From NCBI RefSeq assembly GCF_016433145.1, contig NC_058131.1, positions 39,707,257 through 39,771,256 on the forward strand: a stretch of 64,000 bases of DNA. Reading direction: 5' to 3'. Shown here piece by piece: positions 11,901 to 23,900 of the stretch. Each line of letters begins with the position of its first letter. Within the stretch, counting starts at the first letter, position 1. The notes below the pieces were generated by a model that was not told the origin of the DNA, searched no databases, and worked only from the letters and a program-made list of their open reading frames with translations. Both the position numbers and the translations under genes were made by a program. Source of the DNA: Gracilinanus agilis. Taxonomy: Eukaryota.

Positions 11901-14900
11901 TTCCAAGGTGATTGAGAGGTGAGAATGGTCATTTAATCCTTCCAAATCAATGAAGGGAACTACTATTCTGGATCGAATTCTGTCTTGCAAAGACACGTTG
12001 GTTTCTCCTTAGATTCTTAAGAAACATTTAACGTAAGCTGTTAGCGTGCTTGAATTGTCTCATTTTTATCAGTTTGCATTTTGTGTCCCCCAGTAGACTA
12101 TAAGCTTCTTTAAAATGGGACTTTTTTCATGTCTTTGTATCCCTGTGATCTAATACATGTTCAAATGAATTGCAGATGGGGCAAGGGCAAGGAATAGAAG
12201 AGAAATATAATCATAATATAATAAATAAATAAAATAAAAATAGAAGAGAAAGGAAAATGTGGTGGACCACAGAAATTCAAGGTACATTGAGGTTAATGAT
12301 GAGTGCAAAGAACAACGAAGAGTGGGTTTTTCAAAAAGATGTAATAAGAGAAAGAGGAGGATCAAAGGAAAATATAGGATCCTAGTTCAGAGTGAGTGAA
12401 TAAGAAGAGTAAGTGACAATGAGAAGGCTGAACTATTCAACTCCTATACCACTAAAGTGAACAAAAATGGTTTATAGGGATTCCAAACCCAAGATGAGTA
12501 AGAGTGTACTTAGCAACCCCCTAGGGATTCAAATCATCAGTCCTAAATGAACCACAGCCCAGATTACTGAAATAATCAGTAGACATTTGACTGCTGATCT
12601 ACGGTTAGTCATCTTTTTAAAACTATGGAGAATAAAGCAGTGATATATGAGAAGTGGCACAGGAACAGCTAGGTGGCACAATGAATAAGGAACCAGCCCT
12701 GGAGTCAAGAAGATTCATCTTCCTGAGCTCAAATCTGGCCTCAGACACTTACTCACGATGTGACGCTTAACTCTGTTTGCCTCAGTTTCCTCATCTGTAA
12801 AAATGAGCTGGTGAAGGAAATGGCAAACTATTCCAGTATCTTGGCCAAGAAAACTCTAAATGGGTTCATGAAGAGTCATGAAGACATGCTTGAACAGCAA
12901 CAACAACATGATTTGAAAAGGACAACCCTTGTCTCAATTTTCCTAACAATTACAAAACAAAAACACAGACAGGAATAGAGTCTACAAACAATAGGCCATT
13001 GATAAATGGTAAAAATGAATATTGAAAGGATAATTCATGAGTGTTTAGAAAAGGAAGTAGTGATTGTAGAAAGTTAGCATGCTTCCCCAAAACAGACCAT
13101 GACAGTCTAACCTCATTTCCTTTTTTGACAGTATTATGCTAGACTTAGACAACACATTTAATAACATAGCCTACAATATTCTTGTGGAAAAGATGAAAAG
13201 ATGGTCAAATTCATTCAGAACTTGCTGAGTGACTAGATCTAAAGAATACCCATAAATGGATCAATTTCCCTTGAGGTCTTCAATAGTCCTAGTTCTCTAA
13301 GGATCTGTTCTCATCCTAGTGCTACTTTTCTCAATGACTTGATTGAATGTGTAGGTGCTATAATGGTGAAATGTGCAGAGGATACAAAGTCAGGGAAAAT
13401 GTTTAATACTGAATGACAGTCAGGATCCAAAAGGATCTTGACAAGTTAGAATGATAGGGGCCATATCATATGGTGACATTTCATAGTAATCAATATAAAG
13501 ACCCAGATTTGAGTTAAAAAAAAATCCATTTCTCGGCTTCCAAATGTAGAATATAATTCTTATGAAAAATATCAGAGGATTTTTGGTAGATCAAATGATA
13601 TTGGTCAAAAAAATATTGGGAGATTTTGGTAGTCCATCATAATGGTCAAAAACAAACAAAAGCAAATCATCTTAGACTGCATCGAAAAGAGCATGGTGTC
13701 CTGAATGAAGATGGCAATGGTTTCATTGTACTCTGTCTTGGCAAGACAATATCTAAAGTAAAGGTATCAAGCCTGTGGCCCACAATACTCCCAAGTGTAG
13801 GCTGAACCAAAGTAAACTGTATTTGGGGAATATTTAACAAAACAAGTAAAATATAATAAAGCATAGATAATTTTAATATGTGGTTTTCTAAGTCAATATG
13901 GGGATCACAGGGATCCTTATATATTTCTTAGTGGTCCTTGTTTCTATCTGAGTTTGACAGATTCTAGAGTATCATATGCAGTTTTAGAAAGTAGGTTGAT
14001 AAGTTAAAGAGCATTCAGAGAAGTAAGGGTGATAAAGGACAGTAAAGGAAATGGAGACCATGCCATGTAAGAGTGGGTTAAAGGACTTAGACTGAGGAGA
14101 GACATGATAGCTTTATTCAAGTCTCTATTGATCATCATGGAGAAGAGGGATTAGACTTATTCTTGTTGTCTCAGAAAGAAGAAATGGGAACAATGGGCAG
14201 AAGTGACAGATTTGGGTTTTTAAGATAATCATTGTACAGCTAGAAGAGATTAAGAAGGTCATCTGGTCTAAACTCTTCATTTTACAAGTTATGAAACCGA
14301 GACCCAGAGAGATTAAGCAATTTGCTCAATGTCTGGGATCTTGAAGTAAGGACTTTTGACTCCAAAGTCAATGCTTGGTCTGCTGCACCATGATATAAGG
14401 ACAGAATTCCTAATGATGGAGATTTTCAAAAGCAGAATTTGTTCCCCTCATTTAAGGTCTTCTGACCTAAGCTGGAGGCTAAATTGTTTGGAGAAGTTGT
14501 AGAGTTCAAGTTCAAGTTCAGTTTGGACAAGCTGCTTTCCGGAGTTCCTTCCAACCCTGAATTAATTTGTCTGTTTCTGTCTCTGCCTGTCTCTGTCTCT
14601 GTCTGTCTCGCTCTCTCCCTTTCTCTCTTCCTCTATCCCTTCCTCCCTCGGTCTCTTCTGTCTGTCTGTCTCACTTCCTCTCTTCCTTTCATTCTTCCTC
14701 TTTCCTTCTCTCCCTCTGTCTCTGTTTCTCTGGCTTTGTCTTTGTTGATCTATCTGTTCCTCTTTGTCAAAAGCATTTAAGCATCTATAAAGTACAAGGT
14801 TCTGTGCTAGGGATACAAAGAAAGGTTAAAATGGCCCTTGGCCTCAAGGAGCTTATATTCTACTGGGGAAACAACATGGAAAAACTAGACATATGCAAGG

Positions 14901-17900
14901 TATTTATAGAGTAGTGTGGAAGAGATCTCAGTGGGGAAGGCACTTGCAACTAGGGAGACCAAGAAAGGAATTTTGCAGAAAATGGGATTGCAGTGTAATT
15001 CTGTGACTTCATCTGAAATGGGTAAAAAAGGAGAGACCCAGTGCCAATTTGGATTTGAATAGTGATGCATTTAGGATTAACAAACACTGTCTTTTTCCCC
15101 ATCTCTATAATAGAAAAGGCTTGGTGAATTTATGTATTGTCTCTCTCCTCTTGTACCTCACTTCCCAATGTAGGACATTGTGCGGTAGGGCTGAGTAATT
15201 TGGGTTAGGAGCAAGGTGGGTTTCAGAAACCCACAGTTAGGAATACTGATTAGAGTCCTTGATGGAGGGAGAGAAGGTCCTAACAAATGCCCCAAATTCC
15301 CAATGTAATATAATTCCCACTCACTATGCTTACCTTACACTCATGCTGTGCCCGAGTTAAAGATGCTCTCTGGAAGTCCCAAATCATCCCAAGCATCTAT
15401 GGCTTGGACTCAGGGACAGAATGAGGTTTAGTCATTTATTCCCAAGTATCTATGTCCATACAGAAGCATAAAAAGGGGCCTGAATAAACTGAGGGTTAGA
15501 TTTAGAGCCTAGTCCAGTGATGGCAAACCTATAGCATGGGTTCCAAAGATGCCACACAGAGCACTCTCTGTGGGCACATGCCGCCTCCCTACCCGCCCCC
15601 CAGAATTTGTTACTAGAAAGGCAGAGGGATTTGGGCAGAGCTGCTCCCTTCTCCCTCCCCACCGTGTCTGACGAGATTTTTTCATATCAACTGCCTCCTG
15701 CCCATTGGGAGTGCACAGTGGGTAAGGTAGGCAACTCACAGGCAGCAGAGCTGGAGGGGAGCAGAGAGCTCAGGCCACTCCCCTACCCCTCTCCATGCAC
15801 CTGAGGACATTCCTCACTTCAAATGCCCCTCCAACCAGCTGCCCAGCAGTGCTTCCTCCCTTCCCTGTGTGGGGTAAGGGTGGGGGCAAGGTGCACCAGG
15901 CACTTTATCTCTGGGGGGTGGGGGTGGGCATAGCACTTGGTCTGGGGGTTAGAGGGAAGGGCCTGTCTCTAAAAGGTTCACCATCACTGGCATAGTCAAT
16001 CTGCAGGACCTCCCAGTCCCCAGCCCAATGTCCATTCCCTTCTGCAGCTTCTGGATCAAGAAGGAAGAAGAATTGGCTGAAAATGAAACATCACAACTTT
16101 CTCTGTATGAGCCCAAGGTGAAGGCAACCGTCCACATTGTCTCTGCCAGTGTTTCTCAGGACGTCTCCTTCTCCTTTTCACCATCTCAGGTGACTCCCTA
16201 GTCCCCTACTCCCCTCACCCGTATTCCTTTGGATTACCAAGACCCCCATGCATCATATAGTCTCTCCAGTTAAGATTCCCTCATGCCCACATTGATCCTC
16301 CCTTCCAGTACCTTCAACTGGACTGTTCCACCTAGATTGTCCCTTCCCAAATCTCACATACTCCATGAAGGGCCATATCTGGCCCAGAGAAGGCCAGTAT
16401 CTCCCCTCTTCCCATATGAAGATTTCTAGTACATAGAACACAGAGATAAAGAATCTTAGCATTTAGAGGAAGGGACCTCAGAGACCATCTAAGCCAGAGA
16501 TTCTTAACCTGGGGTCCACAGAGAAATTTCTGGGGATTTGTAAAATGAAATGGGGGATAAAATAATGTCATATTCTCACTAACATCTAACTGAAATTTAG
16601 CATTTCTTTCAGTTATTAGACACGATTCTGGGAAGAACTACATAGATTTCACCAGATTGCCAAAGGGTCTAGGTCAGAGCCCCTAATCTAGTCCACTTTA
16701 CAGTTGAAAAAACTGACTAGATAAGCTGATTTGCTCAAGGTCACCTAGTGAGTGTCAAAATCCTGTTCCTCTCCAGAGAAACAACTGATGGAGTCTGATG
16801 CAGATCAAAGCACACTATCTTTCACATTCATTTATTTACAGTTTTATTTGGGAGTTTTGGCTTTATATGAGTTTTCTCTTATAATAATGAACAATACAAA
16901 AATATATTTTGCATGATAATATATGTATAACCCAGATCAAATAGCTTTCTATCTCTGAGAGAAGGGAGGAAAAAATTTGGATCTTATAATTTCAGAAAGC
17001 ATATGTTGAAAATTGTTAATGCATGTAATTGGGAAAATATATCTTTGAATAAAAATAAACCTGTTCCCCTGACTCCAAATCCCATGTCCTTCCCAGTATA
17101 CCATATTGCTCCTAGATTAGGATGTGATTTGTCCAAGAAAACATAATAAATTTAGACAAAGTACTAGGACTAGGATTTCTAGGTCCCATCACATGCTCTT
17201 GAGGTTAAAGGAGCTCTCAAGAGTTCCTCTCTTTCCCTTCCTCATGAGTGGTCTCTTCATCTCAAGATGCTCCAGCCTCTTCCCCTGACTGATGGGATAA
17301 ATGGGTCCCAGAGTCCTGTGGTGAAGGGGAGGATGATTGGACTGTATTTGCAGATGACAGTGCTACCAGCAGGGAATGAGACGGAGGCACCTGATAGAGT
17401 CCGGCTCCCAAGAAGCCTATTTGAAAGACTGAGGCCAAAAATGAGCTCTGTCCGAGTTGTCTTGATGGTCATCAACATTGGAAAGGGGGACATATTCAAG
17501 GTGAGGGGTTACCTGGCACTCCATTGGGTATGGAGGGGAGGATTCAGGGCTTAGAGAGCCAGCTTCCCTCTTATTCTTTCTTCCTTCTTCTAACCCCTCA
17601 CTTGTGGTGCTAATCTGGGAATCAAATGGTAATTGCAAAGTCAGCAAGCATTTATCTGACACCTACTGTGTGTCATGCACTGTGCTAAGCTCTGAGGATG
17701 TAAAGAAAGATGAAAAAACTCCAACACTTTGTTCTCCAGGAGCCATGAAACTATAAAAAGAAAATATAAACAGGATAAATTGGAGATAATCTCAGAGGGA
17801 AGGAACTAGCGTTAGCAAAGATTGAGAAAGCCTTCTTGCAGAAGATTTTTTGGCTGGGGCTTGAAGGAAGCTGGGAAAGTCAAGAGGGGGAGATAAGGAA

Positions 17901-20900
17901 GGAGAGAATTCTGGACATGGGGGAGGACCAGCTAGTAAAAATGCCTAGAGGCAGGAGATGGAGTCCCAGCTGGAGAGGAACAGCATCATTGGAGAGCAGA
18001 AGAGGTGGAGGAGAGTAAAATGTAAAAAGACTGAGAAGGTAAGAAATAAATAAATAAAACCATAAATTGCATGACTAGGGCTTCCTCATCAGTCAACCAA
18101 TAAATATTTATTAAGTAACTACTATGTGACCAGATGCTATGCTGAGCAATGGGGATACAAAACAACAACAGGGGGCATCTGGGTGGCTCAATGGATTGAG
18201 AGTGAGGTCCACATATGGGACGTCCTGGGTTCAAAACTGACCTCAGGCACTTCTAGCTGTGTGACACTGGACAAGTCACTTGGCCCCCATTGCCTAGCCC
18301 TTACCACTCTTCTGTCTTGGAACCAATATATGGTATTGATTCCAAGATGGAAGGTAAGAGTTAAAATAACAACAATAACAACAACAGCAGCAGCAGCAAA
18401 GCAAGAGAGACAAAAATCAGTCCCTGCCTTCAAGGAGCTCACAATCTAACGGGGGAGACAAAAAGCAAACAGCTGTGTATGAACAGGCTATAGACAGGAT
18501 AAACTGCAAATAAGCCATTGAGAGATGGCATTGAGAGATAGAATTATGGGAGGCTGAGGAAGGCTTTATGTAGAAGATTTTAATTGAGACTTAAATGAAA
18601 CCAGGAGGAAGAGATGAGGAGGGAAAAGATTCCAAGCAGGGGAGACAGTCAGAGAAAAATGCCTGGCATCAGCAAATGGGCCATCTTCTAGAGGAAAAGA
18701 GGAAAGATGCTAGTGTCCCTGGATCCCGGAGTACGATGAGAGGAGGAGCTTGCAAGGTATAAGAAGGCTAGAAAGGCATGGGGTAGGGGGCAACCAAATA
18801 GAGAATTTTCTATTTAATCCTGAAGGAGAAAGGGAGCCACTGGAGTTTCTTGAGTCGGAGAATGACAGTCAGACCTGTTCTTTGAACTTTGGCAGCTGAG
18901 TGGAGGGTACACTGGAATGGGGTGATATCTAGAGCAGGCAGATCCACCAGCAGACTATTGCAGTAGTCCAGGTGTGAGGTAATCGGGGCTTGCACCAGGG
19001 TGATGGTAGTGGCAGAAGAGAGAAGGGAGTATATGTAAGAGATATTATTACAAAAGTAAAATTGAAACTTGGGCAACAGAAAGATAGAGGGAGGGAGGGT
19101 GAGGGGCTGGAGATAATCTCATGTTTGTTCCATGAAATTTGTTTTTATGAATTTCTAAGAAATTTAGAGCCTGGAAAACTGAGAGGATGATGGCACCCTT
19201 TAATAGTCAAAGGGAAAGGAGGCAGGTAGGTGGCAAAGTGGATTGAGAGTCATACTCTGAGACCAGAGGTCCTGGGTTCAAATCTAGCCCCAGACACTTC
19301 CTAGCTGTCTTACCCTGGGCAAATTACTTGACCTCCTTTGCCTCACCTGGACAAAACACAGTATTGATTCTAAGAAGGAAGGTAAGGGTTAAAAAAAATT
19401 TTTTTAATAGTCAAAGGGAAGTTTGGAAAAGAAGAGATTTTGAGGAGAAAGATGAGTCCATTTTGGGCATATTGATTTTAAGAGATCTATAAGACATTTA
19501 GTTCAGATGTCCAGTGAGCTTCCTAAGCCAATGAAATCACAAGAGGATGATCCCTTCCATTGTATTATTGCCAGCCTGATTGTTTTCCAATATGTTCACA
19601 TCAGTGATAGTGTCTGATTCAAGTGCTCTCCCCTCAAGCACCGTCAATGTTACATTTTTTTATTTTCTTTGCCATTCTAGTAGGTAGAACATAGTCACTT
19701 AAGGTTCTCATGATTTGTATTTCTCTGATTTTAAGGCATTTGTGCATCTGTTTATGGGATTAGAATTTCTCATTTTTCCTAGGAAAATTGTATTTTTGTG
19801 ATTCCAGTGGGGGGGTATGTGTTAATCATACACAATATTTTAATATACACATATAAATATATATATACCATATGCCCATATACACATATGTATACACAGA
19901 CACAAATATATACATATACATGCAAATATAAATATACATACACACAACCTTACAGATAATACATATATACAGACATGATATAAGTGTGTATTTTTAAACA
20001 TATACAGACATGGCACAAATAGAATTACATATATATTTATACATGGACACATGATATAAATATATTTATATACATGTATACCAAAAAGATCATATAACAC
20101 AAGTATATTTATATATACACATACATATATCAGTTCCTTACCGATTGTTCATTAATCCTTTATTTACTGTCAATGTATGCTTTCCTCCCACCAATCTTTT
20201 TTCTTTTTCTTTTAATGGTAATGTTTTGTTTTGTTTTGTTTTGCTGTGCAAAATCCTTTTATATTCGTGTAATCAAACCCACCAATTTAATCTCCAATCA
20301 TTCCATTTGGGGCAAATATGATATTACAGTTTCTCCAAGCTTGTAATGATTTGTTTATACTTAGAATCATTATCCAGTTAGAGTCTATATTGAGATGGGA
20401 ATCTGAACCCTTTTTTGGCCAACCATCTTCCCAGCAGTTTTTAATTGAATAACCAACAATTCAGCATTCCTGGGTTTGTTCCACACCATCCTTTTTACCT
20501 GCATTAGAGTCAATTTGTGGTTTCTCTTTTCTGCTCCATCGATCTGGTTCTTTATTTTTTTCCCCAGTACCAGAAAACTTTCCTGATTATTGCTTTAAAA
20601 GTACATTTTGAAATCTGATCATTCTAATACCCTTTGCTGGTTTTCTTTCTTATGGTTCTTGAGAGTCTTGCTTTATTAACCCATTTGAATATTTAATTCT
20701 ATGAAATAGCCGACTGAGATCACGGTTGGCACGATTGCATTAGGTCTAGAGGTCAGTTGGGGAAGCATTGGCATCTGCAGTCCCCAGGGACTCTGGCTCC
20801 AAAATTGAAGTTCTTCTCTGATTTCCATCAGCAATCATTTCAAAGCTGTCATCAGACATCTTATATTTTGATAAGTTATGATAAAAATGTTTGATGCATT

Positions 20901-23900
20901 TTATTGTTATCACAAAGAATATTTGTCTGTAGGTTTGCTGTGATTTTTAGCAGCAATTTAGAGAACAGCAGATACCTTTTTGCGTTCATCTCGTCATCTC
21001 ACTACCTTTCTAAAGTCATTTATTTGTTGTTCAGTCATTTTGAGTCATATCTGACTTTTTCCCATGGTTACATGATTCATGTTTTCTCCCTTCCCTCATC
21101 CCCTCTCCCTCCCAGAGTTGACAAGCAATTCCACTTGGTTATACATACATATATATTATCCCTTGAATCCATTTCCAAATTATTCATTTTTGTAAAAGAA
21201 TAATCCTTTAAAGCCAAAACCCCAAATCACATGCCCATATAAACAAGTGATCAATCATAGGTTTTCTTCTGGATTTCTGCTCCCACAGTTCTTTCTCAAT
21301 ATATGGATAGCATCTGTCTATGCACAGTCTTGTCTTCATTGGGTTAGATATCAAAAACATATTTTCCTCCTAGCAGAAATTAGATAGTTACTCTCTTTTG
21401 TTACATTTTCAGTTAGTTATATCATATCAGAGTTGCTTATACTTTGGAAATTTGATACAATATGCATCTAGGGGTACGATAGAGCTAGAGCTAGTTGGTA
21501 CTGGCTTTAAGTACTTTAAGGGCTTTTTTTTTTAAACCCTTGTACTTCGGTGTATTGTCTCTCATAGGTGGAAGATTGGTAAGGGTGGGCAATGGGGGTC
21601 AAGTGACTTGCCCAGGGTCACATAGCTGGGAAGTGGCTGAGGCCGGGTTTGAACCTAGGACTTCCTGTCTCTAAGCCTGACTCTCACTCCACTGAGCTAC
21701 CCAGCTGCCCAAGGGCTTTTGTTCAATCTGAAATGAGTGAGTCTGGGATATCCCTCGGGCGAGTTCTCAGGGGACAGAGGCAAACTCAGGGTTCCCAAAA
21801 ACCCAATTCACGACACATGTGAGATAATCTTTGATGATTTTCTTAATTTCTTTTCCCTCACCATCTCTCCTTTCTCCTTCCTCATGTTGGTGATTTGGGT
21901 TTGTTGTCTTCTCTTCAAAATGATCTTTGTCTTTAAAAAAGAGTTCTTGAATTTATTTTGGGTTTTAATTTTCATATTTTAAATTGTTCTGTGCCCTGAT
22001 TTTTGTTATTTCTTTTTACCCTTTTCCCTATTGTATACTGTTTTCTGTCTAGAGCAAGAGTTTTATTTTTTAAATAACTTTTAATAGAGATCTCTTGGTT
22101 TTGATTTCACCAGAAATTCTCCCAGTACCCCCCTCTCAAATAGCCATCCCTTTTAACACACACACACACATATGTATACATACATATATATACATATATA
22201 TACATATATAAAGAGGAAGAAGGGGAAAAATGACAAAGACTATCCATTTACACGAAAAAAGTGTGAAAATGTATACAACATAATATACCTATGGACCTCT
22301 TACTTCTTACGAAGGAGAGGGGGTAGGATAGGATGTCTTCTCAGATCTTTTCTTTGGGAATATGATTCTTCTTTACAATTTTGCAACATTCCCCCTTGAT
22401 TATTTTATGATTGTTCTTTGCATTTATATTGCTGTGGTATCAGATTTTTAAATTCAGGCTGAACTCACTGATTTCCTTTCTGATTCAGGCATTCAAAGCT
22501 ATTCTCTGCTTTGGCTCCTTCCAACAAAATATAATCTTTGAAAATGGAATAATTTAGCCTTGCTTGTTAGGATTCTCTACTCAATCCTGGTTTAGAACCC
22601 CCAGATTGCAGAGAGCCAGCTCAGAACTCTGCTCCCTATGTCAGTGTGCCAGGGACCTTCTTGAGAGGTGGGAGGAGGAGAGAGTTATTGGGGGGGGGGT
22701 AGTCCCTCCTGAAGCCTGAGATGGTTTCTTTTCTTCCTTCAGGGCCAGCAGCTCAGCAGCACTGTGCTAGATAAACGTATAGTAGGCATTCGGGTTGGAA
22801 AAGAGCCCATCAGAGATCTGGAAGAACTCGTGGAGATCACCTTCTCCCATAAGCCGGAGCTCCAGGTAATCAATCTCTCAGCCCTGGTGAGTAAGGGAAT
22901 GTGTAATCATCTTGAGAATTGATTGGCCCCTGGGGTGTGCAGTTTAGAAGGATGTTAGGATTGAAATTATTTGAGGAACTGGTTTATGGGAAAGAATATC
23001 AATTGATTGATTGATAAATTAATAGGTCAGTGACACTGGATGATCAAAAAGCCCCTGAAGTTCTTTCAGGCAGATCTATAATTGCATTTTGGGAGTTCAT
23101 TATTCATCTCTTCCCTAGGGCATCTGGAGACATCTCTGATGGGTGCATGGTCAGTGAAGAGATTGTTCATTAAGATTCAATCCCTCCCCACCCTATAGGC
23201 AATTGGGTCATGTAGGCAGGAAGAGCCTTTATCAGTTAACCAGGTTTTTAGGGGGATTGGGGGAGGGGTGCATTACTAGGAGTTCCTAAGAATGAAGGAA
23301 ATGAAAAAATCAATAGACTGCTTGGAAGTCTCTCTAAGTCAGGATCCTGCTATAGGAATAACTCAGTATATTAAAGATAAATTCTCGCAAAGACAAGCTT
23401 CCCCTTCCAAATTTGGAAGGATCTGGACTATTGGGATCTTTGAGCAAGAAGAGAGACTTGAGATTAGAGTTTTTAAAGAGACAAAAAAATCTGCAAGAGA
23501 GAAGGAAGGGAAGGGGAACAGCATATCTGAATATCCACTATGTGCTGGGCACCTTGATAAGCAGACACGATCTCACGGGATTTGAGAAGTAGCTTCCATT
23601 GTGATCCCTATTTTATGGTTGAGAGCACTGAGGCAGACAGAGGCCACCCAGTCAATAAGTGTTTTAAGGTCAGATTTGAACTCCGGTCTTCTTGATTCCA
23701 TTCAGCTAAGAGGAATGAGAATGGGTTGTACACATTTTGTAGCACTAACAGCAGTGAGGGGGACTGCATTCCCAGCCATGCATGGGAGACCCAGCAAGCC
23801 ACGCTGGACTCAGATTTCTGGACAGGACAAAGGAGAAAGAAAAGGAAGAGCAAAGCTACCAGAAAAGAAGGGGGGGCGGGACAAAGACAGTGATTGAGTC

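Larger units (their letters stand above)
17640..19520 (-). mobile_element. L2 fragments with two SINE1-type insertions
   Basis: L2 3' ends (cagcaagcatttat..actgtgctaagc; cagtcaaccaataaatatttattaag) and L2 body (gcagctgagtggagg..tattgcagtagtccagg..atgatggcaccct). Confidence 0.75.

Noticed and set aside
18171-18260. tRNA-like A/B boxes (tggctcaatgg..ggttcaaa) here and at many other sites
   Set aside because: These are SINE heads: they continue into CORE and SINE tails and have no full cloverleaf.
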